Positions 39,285 through 48,508 of a DNA stretch of 64,000 bases are shown piece after piece; the first letter of the stretch is position 1, and the number at the start of each line of letters is the position of its first letter. Below the pieces are notes generated by a model. The model worked only from the letters and a program-made list of their open reading frames with translations, was not told where the DNA came from and searched no databases. The DNA comes from a virus, in IMG/VR virus record IMGVR_UViG_3300025108_004499; one strand, 5' to 3'. The position numbers were made by a program, and so were the translations under genes.

Positions 39285-40900
39285 TAACTTCGAACTTTGA
39301 TTTTGTAGTTAAACTCACCTTGATCGTTTGTAATAGAGTTTAACATAGAAACTATGATCGTGTCAACCCCTAAATTGCCATCTGTGTTAACAGTTGCGGC
39401 AGTAAAGGTTAATGCATTTTCGTAGTTACTATCTCCTTGATAATTGTATTCATCTTCAAATAATAGTGTGTTTGTACTAACATCTAACATGATAGTCATT
39501 GTACCGCTACGTTGTGCATTTGCTATTGAACTCGAATAGTTATATTCTATGTTATAAGTTCGACTGTAGTCACCTGGTAATCTAAAGAAGTAAGTGGACG
39601 AAGTCGCCTCTTGCACTTCTAGATTATTAAGGCCGCCAAGTGTAGCATTTACTTTGCCTTTAATCTCTGATACATATTTGTATGTTGAGATATATGTTTG
39701 ATTGTAACCAAGGTCAGCAGTTCTAGCAAAGTAATCCTCTACACTAGAGTTGCCTGCTTTGTTATAATCAATTACGCTGAATTGTGCATTACCTTCGTTA
39801 CCACCCATGTTACCCACATTTTCAAAATTATTATGTGAGCTTATGTTGTTGATACCTTGTGTAATTACAATAGCTTCTTTGTCAATGTCTGTAAAAGAAC
39901 TTTGACTAATTTTATTCTTACATGGAGCAGTTGATTGTCCTTGAGCACCTAATGCTGTTCCTTCACCAAACAATGCTCCGTATCCTAGATTCATAAAATA
40001 ACTACAATGCCAATGGTTGTTATAGATATCATCGTCACTAGCAATACCAACACTAAGTCCGCTAAACATAATATGATCGAACTTGTTCTTTTGTGTTCCT
40101 ACTAATGCACTTAATGATTCTAATTCAATTCCTGCATTGTCTGTAGTGATTGCTGTTCCTGTTGTCCAAGGACCTGTAATTTTAATTTCTTTAAAGTGGC
40201 TGTTCTTACAACTTTGTAATTTCACTGCTGGTTGTGCAGTTGCTACAGTTGTAATTGTAAATCCTTCTAAATGAATATTAGTTGCTTGATTTAATGTTGT
40301 ACTAGTACTATCATCAGCATAGTTACCTGGTGTACTTGAACTGTTTACTGTTTGAAATACAGGAGCATTGCCTGTCATATTAAACTTAGTCTTGTCCATA
40401 CCATCACCGTATATTGTTGTATAAGGTGGTAGGTAAATTGTTGCTGATACTTTGTATAATCCTGCTGGAATATATAATCTTACACGACTTTGCTCTGTGC
40501 CTTTAGTTGAACTATTAATATACAGTTGATCAATAGCTCTTTGTATTGCTACAGTTTCGTCTGTTGCTCCATCACCTGTTGCACCAAATGATTTAATATT
40601 AACAATTTCATCTAGTCTAGATTGTAATGTTCTTTTAACAGGAGAAGTTGAACTTGGTCCTGTTTGAACTGTTACACCATTTAAGTAGGTGTAGGTGTTT
40701 GCTAGTGTAAATAGGTCATCATGCTCTGTGATAATCTTTGTGTTACCTACTGCTGGTGATCCTTCTGCAACACTACCGTTACCAATATATAATGCACGAT
40801 TGTCTACTGCCCAACCAAATTCACCTCCAGCTAATTGTGGAATACCATTTGTGCCCTTACCACGTCTAACTTGGATTCTTGAAATTTGTACGACTGCCAT
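39284..40900 (-). CDS. Tail-fibre/structural protein with pectate-lyase-like beta-helix
   Basis: N-terminal IQVRRG...L..GE.GWA.D...LYIG motif; VNIKSFGATGDG..D.T.AIQRAI. Confidence 0.75.
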   Translation of the reverse strand: MAVVQISRIQVRRGKGTNGIPQLAGGEFGWAVDNRALYIGNGSVAEGSPAVGNTKIITEHDDLFTLANTYTYLNGVTVQTGPSSTSPVKRTLQSRLDEIVNIKSFGATGDGATDETVAIQRAIDQLYINSSTKGTEQSRVRLYIPAGLYKVSATIYLPPYTTIYGDGMDKTKFNMTGNAPVFQTVNSSSTPGNYADDSTSTTLNQATNIHLEGFTITTVATAQPAVKLQSCKNSHFKEIKITGPWTTGTAITTDNAGIELESLSALVGTQKNKFDHIMFSGLSVGIASDDDIYNNHWHCSYFMNLGYGALFGEGTALGAQGQSTAPCKNKISQSSFTDIDKEAIVITQGINNISSHNNFENVGNMGGNEGNAQFSVIDYNKAGNSSVEDYFARTADLGYNQTYISTYKYVSEIKGKVNATLGGLNNLEVQEATSSTYFFRLPGDYSRTYNIEYNYSSSIANAQRSGTMTIMLDVSTNTLLFEDEYNYQGDSNYENALTFTAATVNTDGNLGVDTIIVSMLNSITNDQGEFNYKIKVRS

Positions 40901-40923
40901 TATATGCTCCTTATTTTATATAT

Positions 40924-41604
40924 TTATCCATGTTTGTCGTAATACTGATACACTCTATCCCACCACATTTGTTCATACTTGTCAAACTCGTCTGGCCATA
41001 CATCAAACTGTTGATACTGTAGGTCTCTTGAACACATAAAGATGTGTCCTTCACGTATGTTGGTGCCAAATACTTCGTTGTGAGCGAGAGCGTAGGCTGT
41101 GAGCTGTAAGTAATAGTCTTCAACCCATTCAGGCTTTTTAGGCTTGTTTGTTTGTTTAAAATCCATTATACAAGGCTGTCCTTTATACTGTCCAACCAAG
41201 TCAGTTGTACCTGCATATAATTTAGGATGGAATAAGTTTATCTCTGATCCCCATATTTCGTCAACATCGACCATAGCGTTGTCACGGATCTGTTCAGCCA
41301 TCTTGTGAGCTTGCTGTGCATAAGGGTTAGATCCAGGTGTAGGCCATTCGCCAAAGTCAACATAGTCTTCCAAATACTTGTGCATACGTGTACCAACACT
41401 GGCCGCTTCAGTAACAATTTCTTGTGCTTTTGCTTCACCTACACGTTTGCGCCATGCAATTAAATGGGTCTTATCTTTCGTTTTATCAAGGATAGTTGTA
41501 ACACTTGCGACAGCGTTTCCGTCTGGACATGCGTATAAACGCTTGCCATTTATCTGTTTACGTTTGATTTCTTTGTAGTCGTACTTCTCTATAATTAAAC
41601 TCAT
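40924..41604 (-). CDS. PD-(D/E)XK exonuclease
   Basis: SVTTIL, GTRMH..LE, AGTTD, IMDFK, Y.LQL.AY. Confidence 0.88.
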   Translation of the reverse strand: MSLIIEKYDYKEIKRKQINGKRLYACPDGNAVASVTTILDKTKDKTHLIAWRKRVGEAKAQEIVTEAASVGTRMHKYLEDYVDFGEWPTPGSNPYAQQAHKMAEQIRDNAMVDVDEIWGSEINLFHPKLYAGTTDLVGQYKGQPCIMDFKQTNKPKKPEWVEDYYLQLTAYALAHNEVFGTNIREGHIFMCSRDLQYQQFDVWPDEFDKYEQMWWDRVYQYYDKHG

Positions 41605-42359
41605 TAGTTCTCCGTGTAGTATACTGCTTCCAGCTTTATTGGATTGCTACCTGTTGCATGACCTGCAACTTTTGTAGAACAATCTCCGCCTATTCCTTTT
41701 AGTAATGCTCTTTCTAATTGTGCCTGTTCGTATGTTAGTTTATGATTTGCTTTGCTTACAATAGCATTTGTTGCTTCATCATCCTTGCGTGTCTGTAGTG
41801 CAATAATTCCTTGTCCAACTGCTGGCACTATGCTAGTCAAACGTTCGTAATCTCTTTTGATACCTAGTGCATCTAATCCTGCTTCTGCAAGTACAATAGC
41901 ATCATATTCACCTGCATCTAACTTTGCAAGTCTTGTATCAATGTTACCACGTATAGGTTTAACTTGCACATTAATTCCAGCATACAGTTGTTCTAGTTGT
42001 GCTTTGCGTCTTGGACTACTAGTACCTATTACAAAGCCGTCAAATACTTTACCTATCAATACATCATGCGGCCTATTACGTTTTAACACTGCACATATAT
42101 GTAAGTCAGGATGTTCTATATCTCCTGGCATATCTTTTAAACTGTGTACACCAACATCAATAAGCCCGTGCTTCAATCCGTATTCAATAGCATTACAGAA
42201 TACACCTTTACCACCTATCTCATGTATAGGAGTATCAGGATTGAGATCACCATCTGTTTGTATTACTTCAATAGTTCCTTGGCCCATTGCTTTTATAGCC
42301 TTGTCAGCATATGCTAGTGCTAACTTACTACCACGCACACCTACTCTAATCAATGTCAA
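41604..42359 (-). CDS. hemC: Porphobilinogen deaminase, C-terminally shortened
   Basis: RGSKLAL, GGKGVF, VHSLKDMP, GTSS.RR, RGNIDTRL.KL, PAVGQG, cofactor Cys in GGDCS. Confidence 0.92.
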   Translation of the reverse strand: MTLIRVGVRGSKLALAYADKAIKAMGQGTIEVIQTDGDLNPDTPIHEIGGKGVFCNAIEYGLKHGLIDVGVHSLKDMPGDIEHPDLHICAVLKRNRPHDVLIGKVFDGFVIGTSSPRRKAQLEQLYAGINVQVKPIRGNIDTRLAKLDAGEYDAIVLAEAGLDALGIKRDYERLTSIVPAVGQGIIALQTRKDDEATNAIVSKANHKLTYEQAQLERALLKGIGGDCSTKVAGHATGSNPIKLEAVYYTEN

Positions 42360-42945
42360 AATCCCATACTAAGCAACGTCTGTTATCTTCAGTTGGATAA
42401 GCACCATGCCATACTCTATCGTCCATAACAACTACTCTACCTGGAGTAGGATGGAACTTGTGATCATATGTATAACCAAATTGGTTTTGCATAACTGTAT
42501 ACATACAACCATTAAACTGATTTGTCTTTGAAGGAGTTATATGATCAAACAACATTACACTAGATGCAAAACGTTTGTTAGTTTGCCCCATTCTATCTAT
42601 TGAATGAAAGTGTCCTGCTTGCCAGCCGCCAGGAAAATAATTAATAGTCCAGGCTTTCTCTTCCTGTCCTTCAGTACGTTCTGTTATTTGTGTAACAGGA
42701 AGGTCAACTTGTTTAAAACAATCAAGCAACCAAGTTTTGTAAGTAGCTCGTTGTTTATTCCATTCGTCATACTTTAATGGCTTTTGTATTCCATTAACTG
42801 TACAAGTGCCTGCGGCAATATCAGCTGACGTAAAGTCAAACAAACATTCCATGTCCTTGTAATGAGGATAGATTGCACTTACAACCCAATGTTGATTTTG
42901 GGTCATGTACAATTCTATGTCGTTAATTTTCTTTAAAAGACTCAT
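42346..42945 (-). CDS. 2OG-Fe(II) oxygenase-like protein
   Basis: W...Y..GGWQ..HFH, WHGAYPT, RR.LV. Confidence 0.65.
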   Translation of the reverse strand: MSLLKKINDIELYMTQNQHWVVSAIYPHYKDMECLFDFTSADIAAGTCTVNGIQKPLKYDEWNKQRATYKTWLLDCFKQVDLPVTQITERTEGQEEKAWTINYFPGGWQAGHFHSIDRMGQTNKRFASSVMLFDHITPSKTNQFNGCMYTVMQNQFGYTYDHKFHPTPGRVVVMDDRVWHGAYPTEDNRRCLVWDFDID

Positions 42946-43007
42946 TCTTAACTCCTATACTATGTATTATATAACAAAAGTACTAAGAAGTCAAGTTCTT
43001 ATTTGAT

Positions 43008-43316
43008 TTATTTTAGTGCGTTTTTAGTAGCAGACTTTGCCATGTTATCTACGGTTTTGTCTTCTGGTTTTGCTTGAGGTTCTTCGCCGCCTGCTAGTAC
43101 TAGGCCAGCTTCATCAAAACTATTAACTAAGTTTTGTAAACGTTGATCGTTATTGTATGCAACGACGAAGCTCTCTCTATTGTATTGTTCTGCGCCTGCG
43201 TTTGCTAGGAACTTATTTAATTGTTCCCAACCAATTCTAGATGCGCCTTGCTGTGCTTGTAGGTGTATTACTTGTGATAACTTATCAGATACTGTTTCAG
43301 ATAATGAGTTTAGTCT
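43008..43316 (-). CDS. Start-less 102-codon ORF in the -1 frame, probable frameshift extension of 43310..44230
   Basis: Open frame RLNSLSETVSDKLSQVIHL...SATKNALK; no ATG/GTG/TTG near its 5' end; begins at A9 run. Confidence 0.6.
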   Translation of the reverse strand, partial: RLNSLSETVSDKLSQVIHLQAQQGASRIGWEQLNKFLANAGAEQYNRESFVVAYNNDQRLQNLVNSFDEAGLVLAGGEEPQAKPEDKTVDNMAKSATKNALK

Positions 43317-44230
43317 TTTTTTTTCGAATCTGCTAATAGCAAACCTAAACGCTTTGAAAGCTCAATGCTTTCTCGCTTTCCTCTATCATCTGACTCATCT
43401 CCGCCTGTTGATGCGTCTGCCGCCGCAAACTCATCATCGCCTTCAGGGGCGTCTGCTTCCGCATCTGCGTCAACGGTTGGCTCCATGTCCATGTCATCTG
43501 CAGGTACTTCATCGCCCATTGTGTCAGGTGCACCTTCGCCTGTTAAAATAGCTACGCCACTTGTAAGGGAATCTCGTGTGCTTTCCAATGATGTAAATAG
43601 TGAGCCTAATGCTGGTTTGACTGTGTTTATAAATGTTTCACTTTGGTCAACGCCCATTTCGTCTCTAATTTTATCGCCTAATTCTAACATGCTTTCTGTT
43701 TGCATTTCTGCTGTGTCTTCCATCCAGCCTGTGATTCTGTCTACCATGTCCTTTGCGGCCATTACTAATGTTGCTTGTTCTTCTGCGCCTTCAGTAACTG
43801 CTGATTCGTTCTTAGCATCTTTAGCGGCTTTTTTCATTGGCTCTTTTTTGTCGCCGTCTTTGTCTAAGTCTAAAAAGTCTGGCTTGCCTTTGCCTGCTTC
43901 TTTACTTGCTGGCTTCTTGCCTTTGTTTTTCTTTTCCATATGCTTTTTTAAGCCTGCTGGCATTTCGCCTTCTGCTACTTCACGCTCTGCGATTGCTGTG
44001 TTCAGAAGTTCAAGGAACAATTTATTCTTCTGATATGTTTCGCTAGTGTGAACAGCATCAAAACTTTCATTAGTTTCAACTTGTGATAAAGTTGTTCTAA
44101 GTCTGTTACGAGCATCTTCTAATTGCTCTGTGGTAAATTTATCTACATTGATTGTTTTACCATATTTTTTAGCCAAGTTCTCGTTAAGTGATTTCACTGT
44201 AACTGGCTTTGAAAATTCGTTAATAAGCAT
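43310..44230 (-). CDS. Late acidic protein, putative head scaffold/internal protein
   Basis: MLINEF N-terminus, PDFLDLDKDGDKKEPMKKA motif, D/E-rich C-terminus ending SKKKD. Confidence 0.6.
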   Translation of the reverse strand: MLINEFSKPVTVKSLNENLAKKYGKTINVDKFTTEQLEDARNRLRTTLSQVETNESFDAVHTSETYQKNKLFLELLNTAIAEREVAEGEMPAGLKKHMEKKNKGKKPASKEAGKGKPDFLDLDKDGDKKEPMKKAAKDAKNESAVTEGAEEQATLVMAAKDMVDRITGWMEDTAEMQTESMLELGDKIRDEMGVDQSETFINTVKPALGSLFTSLESTRDSLTSGVAILTGEGAPDTMGDEVPADDMDMEPTVDADAEADAPEGDDEFAAADASTGGDESDDRGKRESIELSKRLGLLLADSKKKD

Positions 44231-44256
44231 AGTATTGTTCCTTTGTCATTATGTAT

Positions 44257-46677
44257 TTATTTATCAAAGATATAACTTTCTATCTGTGCAAGTGACGACC
44301 ACGCTCGTTCCGTTGCAATGTCAAATTTAATCTCTGATGCTTCTATCCTCTGTATATCCTTGCTAATTTGTATAGCTCGTTTTGCAAATAGTGCGTCCAT
44401 ATAGTGTTTAGATACTTTATCGTCTAATTTTATAATATCTCTAATACAATGCCCAGGACCGTTTTCTGCTGTAATCTTTGCAATAGCAAGTGCCGCGGCC
44501 TTAGTAAATGTAGTAACTACGTGCTTATTAGTACTTATGTCAAAGATACGATAACCGTTCTTATGTTTTCGTATAACTATGTTCTTAACACGTATACTAT
44601 TGCCTTTTTCATAGGGAATTGGCAACTCGGATAGTCCGTGTACTATAATTTCTTCTAGTTCTTTTGCTAATTCTTTGTCAAAACTCATTCGCTACGACCA
44701 TTACAGTTCCATCATGTATTAGTTTACTTACTAATGCTTTGCGTATCAGACCCTCAATTACGAATCTGTCCCTCTCTGAATAACTGTCTAATGATCTACA
44801 ATCGTTACATCTTTTCAATACTGCCCGCTCTTCATTTGTGCATTGAATAGTAAAATGTTGTATGAGTGAATTTATTTTCATTTTATACTAGCAATCTGTT
44901 GTTTCAAACGCATTGTAGTATCTTTGTGGCTTTTTTCTTGTGCTTTTAATTGTGCTTGTAATGTTTTCTTTTGCTGTTGCATAACTTTTGGATCTTGCAT
45001 AGATATATCGTCTATTGCTTGTCCGTTATCTATACCACCTTGTGCGCCAGGCTTTGTGCTTCTAGCAGTCTTAATAGTATTCACAGCATCTTTGCCCATC
45101 TGTACTGTATTCTTAACAGCATTAACACCCTTCTTGGCCATGTTAACACCTTGCTTGGCTACATTGACACCCTTCTTGGCTATGTTGCCTGCTGTTCTTA
45201 AACCTTGTCCTGCCATCTTCGCACCTTTAAAAGCGGCCATTCCAGCAGTTCTTGCGCCTGCAACTAAAGCTGGTACTATTTCGTCCAATTGTTCTTCAGT
45301 TAGATGTGGATACATTTCCTTTAACTTTTGTCTTTCGTCTATTTTAAATTCATGTAATCTCATTACTTCATCCTTTTACGTTTTGCTGTTGAACGTCTTG
45401 TTGGTTTCATTCTAGTTTTGTTTAGTCTTGCAATACGTTTTGACTGAGCTCCCATTCTCTTTTGGAACTTAGTCTTAATACCAATTAGTGGAGACTTTCT
45501 AGCTCTAGTCTTTTTCATTGTAAGTTTAGCTTTGACATTAATAGGAGCATTACAAGTTGTAGCTTTCGCAACAATACGACCTTTGCGTGAGCCACTAGTA
45601 CAACGATACTTGCGTGTTACTTTACCTTTGCTTCTACCAAAAGTAGTAACGGCTCCTTCTGTGATAATATCTGATATAATCATCTGGCTCTCTTGTTCAA
45701 TCTTTTCAATGCAATTGAAGCTGGATTTGTACGCTTAGTTCTCTTAGCCTTACGTGCCATTCTAGCACCAAGCCTAGCTCTTGTACGCTTCATTGATATT
45801 TTCTTTTTAATGTTGGGTGCGGCAAAGCATTGTCCTATTGTAGAAACAATACGGCCTTTACGCTGTCCACTTGCACAACGATATTTTCTTACAATTTTTT
45901 TACCTGTTCTGCCCCATATTTGCTTTTCGCTTAGGTCAGAAGATACGATCTCTGTTACTAACATAACAGTATTTATGTAATTTGATTATGAAAAGTTAAC
46001 AAGGAGAACTACGATGGTACTAAGTAGTCCTGCAACAATAGTGCCAGTTGCACCAATAATTACTTTTGTTAATGATTTGTTACCGTGATTGATATCAGTA
46101 TGGATATGTTCGACCTTAGCTTCAATTTTATCTAAACGTGTTTCCAAGTTGATGTAACGCTGTTCACATAAGTCAACATGTGCTTCTAAGTTTTCACGTT
46201 CTAAATTTGTGGCTTTTGTTTTGGCCATACTATATTCTCCATTCGTATTAGTAAACTCTAAGTTAGCCTAATTAAGTGTTGTTACTCTGCCTTGAATATA
46301 ATGTTTTTAGCCTTTGGTGTTGTTCTGAACACATTATTATTTAGCTGAATTGTCTCATTTAATTGACCAATAACAGGAACTAAATTAAAATCTTCTTCAA
46401 GAGCATCAATGGGTGGAAAGTATTGATATTCGTCTGTTGTACACTCAACTTCCCATACTCTATGCTTACCAGTGTAGTCAGTACCAAAGCCTAACTTCTT
46501 AAACTCTGCCGCAGTATAGTCTGTAGCAACAGGTGCTTCACAATATACATTTGTTCTAAGCATCATAGTCTGTACAAACGTCATCCAATTGGCTTGTTGA
46601 CCAATAGCAGTTCTATCTGTACTATTGTTTCTGCGTTGTTTTGTTTCGCTGATGTCAATTAGTGAATATACTTTCAT
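44257..46677 (-). other. Cluster of short late genes (44257-44688, 44678-44881, 44878-45363, paralogous basic 45363-45683 and 45680-45964, TM-tailed 45986-46228, 46282-46677)
   Basis: Mostly translationally coupled ORFs behind TAAATA/TAAGTA boxes; two share RKYRC.SG.RKGRIV...C. Confidence 0.65.
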
Positions 46678-46758
46678 ATAACTACTTATCGGTCATAAAA
46701 AAAGGGTGCCGTAAAAACGACACCCTTTATATAAGTTATAAACTAACTTTTTACTTTA

Positions 46759-47100
46759 TTATACTGCGTCAATAAAGTCAGCTAGTAATGAACTAGTTAC
46801 GCCAGTTGAACCTGTTCCAAAGTTAGAAGCCGCTGTAAATGCGCCTGTACCTTGAATTGCAACTTGTACGTTATCAGTTGTACCTGATGTAAAGATACCT
46901 GATTCTGTAAGTGGAGCAACGCCTGCGATTGTGTGTGCATCGTTTGTTCCAGCTACGTCACCTGCTGACAAATAATCTAAAGCCGCTTTAAGCTCTACGT
47001 CTGTCATGTTTGATTTTGCTAAGTTGATAATTCTAGTTCTTGGTCCTAAACCATTTGATGTTCCAGCTGTTCCGCCGTTACCTTGTGCTTGTCCTGCCAT
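46759..47100 (-). CDS. Small Gly/Ala/Thr-rich putative structural protein
   Basis: Strong AGGAG RBS, late box, own terminator at about 46697-46729. Confidence 0.55.
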   Translation of the reverse strand: MAGQAQGNGGTAGTSNGLGPRTRIINLAKSNMTDVELKAALDYLSAGDVAGTNDAHTIAGVAPLTESGIFTSGTTDNVQVAIQGTGAFTAASNFGTGSTGVTSSLLADFIDAV

Positions 47101-47185
47101 TTTATTCTCCTATGTTTTCTCTAATGACCAATTCCGCTACTCTGCGAAGTTGTTATAAGTATTTACCTATAAGTGAAAAAAGAGG

Positions 47186-48061
47186 CTATTTACGGCTGTT
47201 TTGGGCCCGATTTTCCAAAGCTCTAAGGGCTTGTACAAAGCCTGGGCCGCCTTTTGCTATATTATCTAGTATAATAATAGCTGGAATGTATGCTTGTAGC
47301 ACGTTTGCAGGTATACTCTTACCATCTTTAGCAAGTTCTAAAAACTTCTTTGTTAGCATTAAATTCTTAGATCCTACTAGTCGTAAGTAACCTGCCATGT
47401 CTTGACTTGTTACTGCAATATCTGGAATACTTACTTTTGGTTCTGGATCGCTTACATTGTATACTTCAAGATTTCTTTCTGCTGAAAGTTCTTCTAAGTA
47501 TTGTATGATGTCACTGTTTCTTAATTTAGCACGAGCCGCAAGTAATAATCTTGTAACCAACTGCTTTTTACTATTTGAAGATAGAGATGAGAAACTAAAA
47601 ACATTTCTCCTAACAATTTTGTAATCACTGTTAGTAATCTTTAGAGCAGATTCAATATTAATAAAAGTTTGTTGGTCTTGTTGTGCATTACCTACACCAC
47701 CCATTTTCAGTTTAGAAACATATCTATTAAAGGCCATTAACGGAAACTGTGTGTTCTTACGCATTATACTTGCCGCACCTGGATCTTTTAATTTACCTAG
47801 TGCATCTTCGTCACCTACAATAAAGTAGACAAAGTTATATAAATCAGTACTTGACATTCTAAAATGATTATAGTTGTCATGCCCTGCTGTCTTCTTAGCA
47901 TACCCATGTGCATATGCCGCCATGTTTGGGAACTTCCTAAGAACTTCCATAATAAGCATAGTTAGATATGCTCGCTCACAACAGTCTGTATAGGTGAGTG
48001 TCTTTAATGCACCACCTTGCCTAGTCAGTCTAGCTTCGTGAAGTTCTTTAATAAAATCCAT
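47186..48061 (-). CDS. Late hypothetical protein
   Basis: 291-aa ORF, MDFIKELHEAR N-terminus. Confidence 0.65.
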   Translation of the reverse strand: MDFIKELHEARLTRQGGALKTLTYTDCCERAYLTMLIMEVLRKFPNMAAYAHGYAKKTAGHDNYNHFRMSSTDLYNFVYFIVGDEDALGKLKDPGAASIMRKNTQFPLMAFNRYVSKLKMGGVGNAQQDQQTFINIESALKITNSDYKIVRRNVFSFSSLSSNSKKQLVTRLLLAARAKLRNSDIIQYLEELSAERNLEVYNVSDPEPKVSIPDIAVTSQDMAGYLRLVGSKNLMLTKKFLELAKDGKSIPANVLQAYIPAIIILDNIAKGGPGFVQALRALENRAQNSRK

Positions 48062-48498
48062 TAGTAGTTGCTTGCTTCTGGTTTTCTATCTGCCGCTGAA
48101 AGACTAGCCATGTTAGCCATTAAGTTTTTCATTTCATTTGCATCACCAGCTGATACTAATTTTTGCAATTTATCTGAGTCCATTACTATTGAAGTCATTC
48201 TTTCAACTGCTGAAGGTTTAAACATACTAGCAATACTGCCTGGCTTTGAACCATCTATCATGTTAAGTAGTAATGATGCTGTTTGGTCGCTCATCTCAAC
48301 TTCTTTACCATCTGCTGTTTTAATTGTTTGTAACGATCCGATATTTAGAATCTTCTTTAATTGATTAGCTGGATGGTCGCTAAAGTTTTTGTCACTCATT
48401 CCTGCTTCGTCGTCATCAGCACTGTCTTTTCCTCTGCGGCCGATTGTTGCAATATCATAATCGGATAATGCTTCTTGTACAAGGTCTTTCATTTTCAT
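48061..48498 (-). CDS. Late hypothetical protein
   Basis: MKMKDLVQE N-terminus. Confidence 0.6.
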   Translation of the reverse strand: MKMKDLVQEALSDYDIATIGRRGKDSADDDEAGMSDKNFSDHPANQLKKILNIGSLQTIKTADGKEVEMSDQTASLLLNMIDGSKPGSIASMFKPSAVERMTSIVMDSDKLQKLVSAGDANEMKNLMANMASLSAADRKPEASNY

Positions 48499-48508
48499 AG
48501 TTTTTCTC

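Noticed and set aside
40924-41604. Cas4/CRISPR association of the PD-(D/E)XK nuclease
   Set aside because: No four-Cys Fe-S motif and no array or cas neighbours; typical phage exonuclease.
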